From Candidatus Zixiibacteriota bacterium (GTDB lineage: Bacteria; Zixibacteria; MSB-5A5; CAIYYT01): a stretch of 18,429 nucleotides of DNA. Positions 9,184 through 17,192 of the stretch are shown piece by piece (the stretch's first letter is position 1; every line of letters starts with the position of its first letter). The translations under genes were made by a program, and so were the position numbers. The notes beneath the pieces were generated by a model, which was given only the letters and a program-made list of their open reading frames with translations, did not search any database and was not told where the DNA came from. The DNA lies in assembly GCA_040235515.1 (NCBI GenBank), contig JBECKX010000188.1, positions 1-18,429 of the forward strand. The letters run 5' to 3'.

Positions 9184-10569
9184 TCAATTGGTGCTCTCTG
9201 AAAGTAATTCTGTGAAATCATCCACCCCCGTCACGTTCAGAAGACGATACACCGCCAGAGCGGCGTCGTGACCCGCCTGCACATAATTGTTTCTGGCCTG
9301 TGTCAGCGCCGACTCGGCTGAGAGTATCTCCAGTTGAGTACCGACTCCGTTGCTGTAGCGCAACTGCGCGATACGCAACCCCTCCTCTGCTTCAGCAATC
9401 GTCGTTTCCTGCGCCTGCAGGCGCTCGCCCGCCTCCTGATACAGGAACAGGGCCTCTCGCACATCCGCTTCCACTTCATCGGTCAACTGCTGGAACACCA
9501 ACTCGGCGTTGTTGTGATCCACCTTAGCCTTCCGGACTTCAGCCTTATTGCGGAAGCCATCGAAAATCGGCCAGGAAAAGATGATGCCCGCCGACCAGCT
9601 TTCGGACCAGAGGTTGCTCTCACCCAGGTCGAAGTTATCAGCCTGGTATTGCCAACCATACTGTGACTGAAGATCAAGCTTGAATGCGTTGTCGGCGTCG
9701 ATCACTCCGATCGCCCGTCTGGTAATCTCCCGCAAGACATCCTGTTGTTGCAGCTCAGCCCGATTTTCCATCGCCAAACCGATGAGCCGCGACAGTTCCA
9801 GCGGGTACTGCATTAGTGATTCATCGAAGTCGTAACTCAACTCGAGTGAATCACTGAGGTTGACATTGATCAGGTTTTTCAGGCGATTGGCCGCCACGCG
9901 CGCTTGATTTTGCGCCTGTGTCAATTGCGGCTGCAGATTGGAGACCTCCACCCTGGCCCGCAACAACTCAAACTCCGACTTGACCCCCTGCTCCTCCATC
10001 TTCTTCACCATCTCGTAATTCAGCTTTGCAGCCTCCAGCGCGTCACGGTAAACATCAACCAGATTCTGAGCGAGGATCGCTGCGAGGTAGGCCTGCCTCA
10101 CACCGAAACTGATATCGGAGCCTGCCTGCTCCACGCCGTACCGCGTGTATTCCCGGTAGAGCCGGGCAATCTTGATTGCCGCCACCACCTTGCCGCCATG
10201 CCAGAGCGACTGTGTCACGCTGACACCGACGTCGATCTGGTTGTCGGTGCCGAGTTTGAAACGCATTCCCTCGAATACCGCGGTCGGTATAACCAGGTTG
10301 CGGTTATAGGCAGACGTCAAGCTGATCTGCGGAAGAGCCTCGGATGTCGCCGATTGCACTTCTGCTTCCGCCTTACTCAGTTGCGAGCGTGCGAGCAGAT
10401 AATCTTCATTGCGTTGAAGAGCCATTTCCACCGCCTGATCGATCGTCAGCGCCTGCAACGAGTCGCAGCAAAGAATCGGTATCAGAGCGAAAACCAGCAG
10501 CGCGGCCACAACCAACCGCCGCGCGCGACAGTTATAGATTTGCATTGTATTCGTCACGTTTGGGATCAT
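9184..10569 (-). CDS. TolC-family outer membrane efflux protein
   Basis: Signal peptide, LTIDQAVEMALQRN, LPQISL, WPIFDGF, RYSNGVGTQLEILSAE. Start could instead be ATG 10545. Confidence 0.92.
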   Translation of the reverse strand: MIPNVTNTMQIYNCRARRLVVAALLVFALIPILCCDSLQALTIDQAVEMALQRNEDYLLARSQLSKAEAEVQSATSEALPQISLTSAYNRNLVIPTAVFEGMRFKLGTDNQIDVGVSVTQSLWHGGKVVAAIKIARLYREYTRYGVEQAGSDISFGVRQAYLAAILAQNLVDVYRDALEAAKLNYEMVKKMEEQGVKSEFELLRARVEVSNLQPQLTQAQNQARVAANRLKNLINVNLSDSLELSYDFDESLMQYPLELSRLIGLAMENRAELQQQDVLREITRRAIGVIDADNAFKLDLQSQYGWQYQADNFDLGESNLWSESWSAGIIFSWPIFDGFRNKAEVRKAKVDHNNAELVFQQLTDEVEADVREALFLYQEAGERLQAQETTIAEAEEGLRIAQLRYSNGVGTQLEILSAESALTQARNNYVQAGHDAALAVYRLLNVTGVDDFTELLSESTN

Positions 10570-10580
10570 CGGTCACCAAT

Positions 10581-11258
10581 TCATCGTTTGCAGTCGAAAT
10601 GTTTACCGGTAAGCACTCCATGCATCAGCAGTTGCACGGTATTGCGGATATCCTTCTTCACCGTATTCCGTTTCCCGTAGAGTTTCCGTTCAACGATCAC
10701 TCCCGCCATCGCGAGGTAGCAGTAGGCCATGAAGCTGGGGTTCAGGTCGACCAGGAGCCCTTCCTTAATCGCATCCCTGATCCGGCCCACCATCTTCGCT
10801 ATATGCGTGTAGTGTCCTTCGATCGTCTCTTCATCCAGCGACAGCTTTATCTCCGGCCGCTCGATCATCAGGATCCGGTAACATTCGGGGTTGTCGATAA
10901 AGAAATCCACATACAAAGTCAATTCCTTTGTCAGCAGTTCTTCGAGCGCCTCCCCGATATCCTCGGTCTGTTCCACGAATTGATCCATCACCCGCATCTG
11001 CTCGTCGAGGCGAGAATAGCAGTGGTCGATCACGCTCACGAAGAGCTTTTCCTTGGACTCGAAGTGGCGATAAATGGTCCCTTTGCCGATGCCTGCGGAA
11101 TCAGCGATTTTGTCGACATCGCAGGTTTCATAGCCGTGGCGGGCGAACATGGTAATGGCGGCGTCGAGAATCATCTCCCGCCGCTGTTCCGGAGGAAGAA
11201 TCTCTCGTTTCTTCCTGTTGTAGTCAGTCTTGCCGAACCCACGTCTCATAACTGACAT
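10581..11258 (-). CDS. TetR/AcrR-family transcriptional regulator
   Basis: HTH RREMILDAAITMFARHGY...IADSAGIGKGTIYRHFESKEKLF. Start at 11258 or 11249. Confidence 0.93.
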   Translation of the reverse strand: MSVMRRGFGKTDYNRKKREILPPEQRREMILDAAITMFARHGYETCDVDKIADSAGIGKGTIYRHFESKEKLFVSVIDHCYSRLDEQMRVMDQFVEQTEDIGEALEELLTKELTLYVDFFIDNPECYRILMIERPEIKLSLDEETIEGHYTHIAKMVGRIRDAIKEGLLVDLNPSFMAYCYLAMAGVIVERKLYGKRNTVKKDIRNTVQLLMHGVLTGKHFDCKR

Positions 11259-11286
11259 TAGACGGACTGGTCAGTCCGTTTGTTGC
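11258..11286 (-). promoter_or_regulatory. Possible ECF-sigma-type promoter overlapping the operator
   Basis: GCAAC (11286-11282), 17 nt, CGTCTAA (11264-11258). No TTGACA-like box in this intergenic region. Confidence 0.4.
11262..11279. promoter_or_regulatory. Palindromic operator, probable TetR binding site
   Basis: ACGGACTG-GT-CAGTCCGT: perfect 8-bp arms immediately upstream of tetR. Confidence 0.75.
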
Positions 11287-11329
11287 GCCTTTTTTGTGGT
11301 CCTGGGATTAATTTTTCGTTAGAGGGGTT

Positions 11330-12298
11330 CTAAATCCAGTCGCGGCGGCGGAAAAAGATCAGCAGGGCCACAATCACGACGACTATCAGCCCGATGGCGA
11401 AGGGATAGCCATATTTCCAGTCGAGTTCCGGCATCCGCTGGAAATTCATTCCGTAGAAACCGACGATGAAGGTCGCCGGCAGGAACAGCGCCGAGAGCAC
11501 GGTCAAGAACTTGATGACGTCGTTGGTTTTGGAGGAGATGATTGAGAAGTAGAGATCCATCGCGGAATTGACCGAATCCCGCTGGTTATCCGCCGTCGAA
11601 AGCATCACGTGCAGGTGGTCCATGATATCGGAGAAATAGATCGCCGCCTTCGGCGTGATGACGTCGAATTGTTCCTTGCTGAATTTCGAGACCACCTCTG
11701 ACTGCGGCAGCAGGACTCGCCGGATAATCGAGAGATCCCGTCTGATCCGGAACATCCTGCGCAGGATATCCTCGTCCGGGTCCTCGAACACCTCCTTTTC
11801 GATGATATCAACCTCCCGCTCCAGCAGGTTGAGACCGCTGAAGTAGGCATCCACGATATAGTCGACGATGGTGTGAAAGAGGAAGTCGGCGCCGCGTGAA
11901 ATCAGCCTGCTGTCGCGGTTCAGCCGCTTCAGCACATTCTCCAGCGAACGCACCTCGTGAAAATGAACCGTCACTACGGCGTTCTTCGAGAGAAACAAGC
12001 CGATCCCCTTCACCGAGATATCCTCCTCCTCGAGCGGGGGACCGAGGACCTGTACGATGCTGAAGATATAGTTGTCGTAGTCGTCAACCTTGGGATGCGA
12101 CATCTCCGAGAGCACATCCTCGATCGCCAGCGGATGGAATTTGAAATCAGATGTCAGGACGTATGATTCTTCGTCGGTGGGAGCGGAGAGATCGACCCAT
12201 AAGACAGAGTCAGGACGCTCAATCATTTTTTTGAAGTCCTGTACCCCCTCGCCGTAGACGAGGCCTTCGTCATGTGTAAAGTAGTGATATCGAATCAT
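11330..12298 (-). CDS. corA: Magnesium/cobalt transporter CorA
   Basis: LWVDL, FHPLAIED, PKVDDY, GADFL, GFYGMNF..MPEL.W.YGY signature and two C-terminal TM helices. Confidence 0.95.
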   Translation of the reverse strand: MIRYHYFTHDEGLVYGEGVQDFKKMIERPDSVLWVDLSAPTDEESYVLTSDFKFHPLAIEDVLSEMSHPKVDDYDNYIFSIVQVLGPPLEEEDISVKGIGLFLSKNAVVTVHFHEVRSLENVLKRLNRDSRLISRGADFLFHTIVDYIVDAYFSGLNLLEREVDIIEKEVFEDPDEDILRRMFRIRRDLSIIRRVLLPQSEVVSKFSKEQFDVITPKAAIYFSDIMDHLHVMLSTADNQRDSVNSAMDLYFSIISSKTNDVIKFLTVLSALFLPATFIVGFYGMNFQRMPELDWKYGYPFAIGLIVVVIVALLIFFRRRDWI

Positions 12299-12420
12299 TT
12301 TTCGCTCGATTCCGGCGAATGTGCTTTACGACTGTCTCTCGGTTGGAGTTATGCAATCACTCCCGGATGGATCACCGATTGCTACGGCATTCGAATCGCC
12401 AGATTACTCCGTGGTGGTGT

Positions 12421-12449
12421 AAGGTGGCTGCCCCCAATGCTAATGTCAA
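12421..12449 (-). promoter_or_regulatory. sigma70-type promoter for corA (perfect -35, weak -10)
   Basis: TTGACA (12449-12444), 17 nt, CACCTT (12426-12421). Confidence 0.5.
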
Positions 12450-12460
12450 GCTTAATGTCG

Positions 12461-12500
12461 GTTGTGACTCGCCGTGAAAGCTGTTGCAGTTGAGACTCGC
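12461..12500. repeat. 12-bp direct repeat pair upstream of the corA promoter
   Basis: GTTGTGACTCGC (12461-12472) and GTTGAGACTCGC (12489-12500); 11/12 identical, 28-bp period. Confidence 0.6.
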
Positions 12501-12520
12501 GGCGATCGTTTGCAGGTCGC

Positions 12521-13546
12521 TTACGCAACCGGTTCGGCTTCTTTAGCCCCTTCTTTTGCTTCGGCACGCAGTTTCTTGAAAGTTATATGATGGGTAAAGA
12601 GGAAGAAAATGCCGACGAGAAAGACCGGTACGACATCCATGAAGTGAAATGCCACACTGATCGCGAACGCCTCAGAATTCGAAGCATTAAACAGCTCCAC
12701 GAGCGTCCCTTTCACGATCAACTGGAACGAACCGATATTACCCGGTGTGAGCGGTACCAGGAGGAGAAACGAGTTTACGATCACGATGACAACCCCTGCC
12801 CAGGCGGGGACATTGAGGCCGAACGCCAGTATCAGCATAACCGTCACACCAACATGGAAAAACCATATCAGTACGGAATAGAAACTCACTTCGAGAATGC
12901 GCGTGCTGCTCTTGAGCGAAGTCATTCCGCTCAGCACGGAAGCCGCCCAGTTTTTCAGATTTTCATATAGTTTCGGAAAACGCCGTTTGATCCTCGTCTT
13001 GCCGAAGTATTCCAGGGCGCGTTGGTTTCGCCAGGTGATGAACACGATCAGCAGGATCGCCCCGATCACTATCGCGGCGTAGATTTCCACGGTCCTGACC
13101 CAATCCGGAAAATCGAAAATGAAGGAGGCAAGATAGACCAGCGCGATCAGGCTGATGCCATCGAAGAGTACCTCCATCGCAACCGTCGTTGCACAGAAAG
13201 TCTTGGAGAGTCGTTCCTGGCGCGCGAGCAGGACGATTCTGGCCGCCTGACCCGTCAGAGCCGGCAGCGAGAGATTCACCATCTGCGTTACATGGAAAAG
13301 CGCAATTGTACGAACATGGGAGATCTCTTTGACGTCACGAACGAGCGCCCGCCAGCGCATCGACTTTGACCAGTTCATGGCTACCGCGGAGATGAACGCG
13401 GCTGCCAGGAATGCGAAATTTACATCTTTGGTCGCGTCCCACAGGTCGCGCAACGGTACATTGTGAATACTCGCATAGAAAAGACCAATCGCGATCGCTA
13501 CCCCAATCAGCTTCTTCCAGTCAAGATTCTTAAGCAGATTCTTGAT
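12521..13546 (-). CDS. Lysylphosphatidylglycerol synthase TM / YbhN (UPF0104) flippase-like membrane protein
   Basis: RWRAL, NLSLPALTGQAARI, EVLFD, PLTPGNIGSFQ and multiple TM helices. The frame extends 31 codons beyond the track's TTG (13453) to ATC 13546 behind AGGAG, adding the expected first TM helix. Confidence 0.8.
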   Translation of the reverse strand: MKNLLKNLDWKKLIGVAIAIGLFYASIHNVPLRDLWDATKDVNFAFLAAAFISAVAMNWSKSMRWRALVRDVKEISHVRTIALFHVTQMVNLSLPALTGQAARIVLLARQERLSKTFCATTVAMEVLFDGISLIALVYLASFIFDFPDWVRTVEIYAAIVIGAILLIVFITWRNQRALEYFGKTRIKRRFPKLYENLKNWAASVLSGMTSLKSSTRILEVSFYSVLIWFFHVGVTVMLILAFGLNVPAWAGVVIVIVNSFLLLVPLTPGNIGSFQLIVKGTLVELFNASNSEAFAISVAFHFMDVVPVFLVGIFFLFTHHITFKKLRAEAKEGAKEAEPVA

Positions 13547-13586
13547 ACTCCACTCCTGCCTGACGACCCGTTAACGTGAGCATTTG

Positions 13587-13615
13587 AAGATACTTTCTCC
13601 CCGCACGAGTGTCAA
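13587..13615 (-). promoter_or_regulatory. sigma70-type promoter for the YbhN-like gene
   Basis: TTGACA (13615-13610), 17 nt, TATCTT (13592-13587). Confidence 0.8.
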
Positions 13616-13675
13616 TCTTTTCGGAATTCTACAAGCTGTTGAACAATAGGTGTTTACACAACGGTAAGGCAAACC

Positions 13676-14428
13676 TCAGATGCGTTGAACATCTGATTTG
13701 TTGACCCACCCCTTTAACTTGTTCGCGAACAAACCGAGGTAATAGTCGGAACGCTCGTCCAGGATCTCGAAGAGAAGTCCTTCATGCCCTTCGAATTGCA
13801 ACTCAAAATCGGTTCCCGGCCCTGAGAGCACGTCCGTTTGTTCCACGGTGACCACGCCCTCTTCAACCAGATAGTTCACCTTCAATACCCAGATCATGGC
13901 CGTCAACGATCCGACAATGACCAGTACCAGCAGCACCGAGGGCACATTACCGAGATTGAGGAATCCCATCCGCCGCAGAGCGAGGTAGCCGAAGAAGAGC
14001 AGCAGTGCGACGAATCCAATCAGGAAGTAACTGTTGGGGCTGATGACACCGAGGTAGTCGACCACCTTGTCCTGGAACAGCGACTGCGAATTGTCCACCT
14101 TGTCCACGGCAAACAACTGTGCGAACCGAAGATTGGCCTGAATATCTTCATCCTCCGGCGAGAGGCGTTCTGCGCGTCTGAAATTGGCGATCGCCTGCCC
14201 CAGCTCACCGGCTTTGAAGTAGGCACAGCCGGCGTTATAGTAGAGGCCCGCCGAGGAGTAGCCTTTGTCGATGATTGACTGGAACTGATTCGCCGCGGCT
14301 CTGAAATTGCCCTGATCGTAAAGGTCAACCCCGGACTGGAAATCCTCGTCAATCCCGGCGAAGCTGGTTCCGGACAGCAAAAAGAGCGCCAGCATCATCA
14401 GGCATGCTTGCACAGCAACTCGTCTCAC
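13676..14428 (-). CDS. batE: BatE-like TPR protein with two TM helices and a C-terminal SH3-like domain
   Basis: Signal peptide, TPRs (LYYNAGCAYFKAGELGQAIANFRRAERLSP), SH3b-like SGPG...HEGL...GWV. GTGA overlap with the batD stop. Confidence 0.8.
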   Translation of the reverse strand: MRRVAVQACLMMLALFLLSGTSFAGIDEDFQSGVDLYDQGNFRAAANQFQSIIDKGYSSAGLYYNAGCAYFKAGELGQAIANFRRAERLSPEDEDIQANLRFAQLFAVDKVDNSQSLFQDKVVDYLGVISPNSYFLIGFVALLLFFGYLALRRMGFLNLGNVPSVLLVLVIVGSLTAMIWVLKVNYLVEEGVVTVEQTDVLSGPGTDFELQFEGHEGLLFEILDERSDYYLGLFANKLKGWVNKSDVQRI

Positions 14429-16236
14429 CGTTGCTTCTCCATTTCGATGATCAACTCACGCGCCTGCTCCCACAGCTTCGCCATCGTCGCGGGGTTTCCC
14501 CCTCCCGGCGCGAAGCGGCCGAAGTCGCACTGTTTGAGCAATTCAACCATCCTGTCAATCAGTCCACTGTCTGCTCTGCCCACGGAGAATTCTCTGATCT
14601 TCTCTTCCGTCAAACCGTGAGCAGAGAGATTGAATCGATCGGCGAAATACTCTATCAGCGATTTATGCGTTTCCGCATAGAATTTCTCGGCATCACCTGA
14701 ATCGAGGCACTGTTTGGCATCGGACAGGCGTTTCTCCGCCATCTTGCGGGCCTGCTTCAGCCTGCGCAGCCCCCGGTCACTCGCAAGTTTCTCACGCTGA
14801 CGTTGATGCTGCACGACAACGAGGTATCCAACGATCGGAATCAGATAGAGCAGAAACGCCAACGGCCTGGTGCCGAGTGGATCTGAGCGCTTGCCGTGCA
14901 ATTCACCGATATCAGATTTCAGGTAACGAATATCCTTGGCTGTCAGGTCAAGCTGATTCGATTGCAGCGTCTGGAGCTGGGAAGTGAACCGATCCGAAGC
15001 CGGTGTGACCTCCACCGCCATCGGCTTGGTTTTTGCGGTCTTGTAGCTCTTTGAATCGGGATCGAAATAGGAAAACTCCACAGCCGGAAGTGAGTAGTTG
15101 CCCGCACGCTTCGGAATCAGGACATGCTCGATTGTGCGGCTTCCACCCAGCTCGTAATTGAGACGTTCCGTCTGCTCGTTATCCGAGGACTCGTAGTAAC
15201 GGAAGTCGGGCAGATCAGGAAGTACCGGCGGTACGATCGATTTGACGTTGCCGACGCCGGTGATCTTCAGCGTCAGAGTGATCGGCTCATTGACCTTAAC
15301 CTTATTCTTGTCGATATCCGCAGTCAGATTGAAGCGTCCGACTGTGCCGGTAAAGCTGGCCGGCTTGTTCCTTTCGGGGAGTGGCAGCGCAACGACATCA
15401 ATCGGATCTGTCCGCAGCGTGACAGTCTTTGACTTGCCGAACATTGAATTGAAATTATTGAAGATACTGAACGGGTCCTGCCTGCCGCGCTCGCTGACCA
15501 CCACCGCGATTGTCGCCTGCCCGATCGTGTGCTTGCCCGGAGCGGTCGGAAAGAGCGCCTTCTTGATCTCATTCACATGGTAAGCTTTGCCATTAACTGA
15601 CTGGGTGTATGTGCGCTGCGGCGGCAGGTCCTCTTTCCAGAATCCGGTCCAGGTCGGCTCAGAATAGTCGGGAGTCTGGAGTGGCTGAATCGCGCGATAG
15701 AACTTGATCGTGAGCGTGATCTGCTCGTTGACATAGACCGTATCTTTATCGACCGTAGCTTCCAGAAAGAGGTCATCATCGTTGACGCGCCTGATGGCGT
15801 TGGTGCTGGGTTGATCCTGATGGGGTTGATTGCGGGCCTGACTCTGACTGGTCGGGATGACATCCACCTGGATACCCTTGGTTACGTGCTTCTCACCATC
15901 GACGACAATCGTCTGAGACGGCAACACCAGGTTACCGCTCTTGCGCGGTGAGAGCCGGAAGGAGAAATCCATGCTTTGACTCGTCTGTCCATTGATCCAG
16001 GTATAGTTCCGGGTAGTGCCCGAGCTGATGACATCCCACTCTTCCAGATTGTCGAGGTTGATCACCGGGTAGTTCAGCACTTCACCACCTATGGTGATCG
16101 TGTACTCGAGCGTTTGGTTGTCGTAGATTCGCCGCTGATCGACTGAAGCGTCAACCGTCACAGTGGCAAATGCTACGCTCGCAATGAGGACAGATAGAAA
16201 TGTGCCGATAACTAGACTCCGTAACATTTTTCTCAC
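14425..16236 (-). CDS. batD: BatD-family protein
   Basis: Signal peptide, repeated beta-rich domains (VTVDASVD..., ATVDKDTVYVNEQI, LPLP...FTGTVGRF, FSYFDP) and a C-terminal TM plus helical tail. Start GTG 16236 or ATG 16227. Confidence 0.88.
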   Translation of the reverse strand: MRKMLRSLVIGTFLSVLIASVAFATVTVDASVDQRRIYDNQTLEYTITIGGEVLNYPVINLDNLEEWDVISSGTTRNYTWINGQTSQSMDFSFRLSPRKSGNLVLPSQTIVVDGEKHVTKGIQVDVIPTSQSQARNQPHQDQPSTNAIRRVNDDDLFLEATVDKDTVYVNEQITLTIKFYRAIQPLQTPDYSEPTWTGFWKEDLPPQRTYTQSVNGKAYHVNEIKKALFPTAPGKHTIGQATIAVVVSERGRQDPFSIFNNFNSMFGKSKTVTLRTDPIDVVALPLPERNKPASFTGTVGRFNLTADIDKNKVKVNEPITLTLKITGVGNVKSIVPPVLPDLPDFRYYESSDNEQTERLNYELGGSRTIEHVLIPKRAGNYSLPAVEFSYFDPDSKSYKTAKTKPMAVEVTPASDRFTSQLQTLQSNQLDLTAKDIRYLKSDIGELHGKRSDPLGTRPLAFLLYLIPIVGYLVVVQHQRQREKLASDRGLRRLKQARKMAEKRLSDAKQCLDSGDAEKFYAETHKSLIEYFADRFNLSAHGLTEEKIREFSVGRADSGLIDRMVELLKQCDFGRFAPGGGNPATMAKLWEQARELIIEMEKQR

Positions 16237-16322
16237 ATCCGTTTACAACGATAGCGGTATCGTGGCAGCGGTCGCGACACCGGGAATTCCGGCCGGTAAG
16301 TTACACGACTTAACGCAACGCA

Positions 16323-17192
16323 CTACCAATCTTTCCCTTCATAATCAACCGGCTTAAAGGCACGACGCTGCACCTGCTTCTGCAGGTCCTTTTCCTGGCG
16401 TCCCAGAGCCTGCAGCAAGCGTTCAGCATCCTGCTTGCTCATTCCCTGTTGCTTCTGCATCTGACCCTGCTGCTGCTGTTGATCCTGATTCTCTTCACCC
16501 TGATCGCCCTGCTGTTGCTGGTCGCCCTGTTGTTGTTGATCCTGCTGCTGCTGGTCCTGCTGTTGATCCCCCTGCTGCTGTTGATCCTGCTGTTGTTGCT
16601 GCTGATCCTGGTTCTGCTGCTGGTCCTGATTCTGCTGCTGCTCCTGCTCGTTCTGCTGATCCTGCTGGTTCTGCTGGTTTTGGTCTTGATTCTGATCCTG
16701 CTGATCCTGGTTCTGTTGTTGCTGCTGCTGTTGCTGATTCTGCTGTTGCGCCTGCTCTTTCAGCCTCTTGCGAGCCAGCTCAAGGTTGAACTTGGCGTCA
16801 TTATCCTCGGGATTGATCTCCAGCGATTTCTTGTAAGCTTCTATCGCATCAGCATACTTCTCCGCCCGAAAGAGGCTGTTGCCCATATTGTAGTAGGTAT
16901 CGGACTGAAACTGTGCGTTATCGGTATTGAGGGCCTTGCCGAAGCGTTCCGCGGCTGCTTCGAAGTCAGCCTTGCGATAGAGGGCATTCCCGATATTGTA
17001 GCTGATCTCCGGAGTCCCGGGACGTTCAACATCAGCCTCCCGGTAGTTCTTCAGAGCCGTCTCGATGTCGTCGCCTTTCAACGCTTCATTCCCCTTCTTA
17101 TTGAGATCGCGGTAATCGGCCCGGAGATCGGGCGCACCGATCAGGAGAAAGAGCACCACCAAGATCGGAAAGATCATCTTAAGCTGTTGCAT
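16323..17192 (-). CDS. batC: BatC-like TPR protein with a Gln-rich linker
   Basis: TPRs (YNIGNALY, YYNMGNSLF, AKFNLELA), Q-rich tract, MSKQDAERLLQAL...KDW C-terminus. ATG 17192 after AAGGAG preferred over GTG 17198. Confidence 0.85.
   Translation of the reverse strand: MQQLKMIFPILVVLFLLIGAPDLRADYRDLNKKGNEALKGDDIETALKNYREADVERPGTPEISYNIGNALYRKADFEAAAERFGKALNTDNAQFQSDTYYNMGNSLFRAEKYADAIEAYKKSLEINPEDNDAKFNLELARKRLKEQAQQQNQQQQQQQQNQDQQDQNQDQNQQNQQDQQNEQEQQQNQDQQQNQDQQQQQQDQQQQGDQQQDQQQQDQQQQGDQQQQGDQGEENQDQQQQQGQMQKQQGMSKQDAERLLQALGRQEKDLQKQVQRRAFKPVDYEGKDW
16445..16755 (-). repeat. Low-complexity CAG/CAA-rich coding repeat (QQQQ[N/G]D units) inside batC
   Basis: Imperfect tandem units QQQNQD and QQQQGD over ~100 codons. 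Confidence 0.9.

Noticed and set aside
9147..9221. 25-aa N-terminal extension of the MFP given by the ORF track
   Set aside because: Overlaps tolC; ATG 9146 has a GGAGG SD and begins a proper lipoprotein signal peptide.
12320..12340. ACAGTCGTAAAGCAC (minus strand) resembles the 3' end of the M-box riboswitch
   Set aside because: The conserved 5' and central M-box segments are not visible; kept only as an unassigned leader.
12272..12970. Plus-strand ORF ending ...SCCS-TGA (12491-12493), followed by hairpin GCGATC-GTTTGCA-GGTCGC resembling a SECIS and continuing in frame into ORF 12587-12970: a possible selenoprotein
   Set aside because: The downstream part is the codon-aligned antisense shadow of the YbhN-like gene and the upstream part is antisense to corA and its leader. 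No RBS or recognisable fold; the SECIS likeness is superficial.
13630..13670. Imperfect inverted repeat after batE as the bat operon terminator
   Set aside because: Weak, AT-rich, interrupted stem with no U-run.
16237..16322. Hairpin ACGATA-CCGC-TATCGT (16248-16263) in the batC-batD spacer as a terminator
   Set aside because: Short stem with no U-tract, inside an apparent operon.
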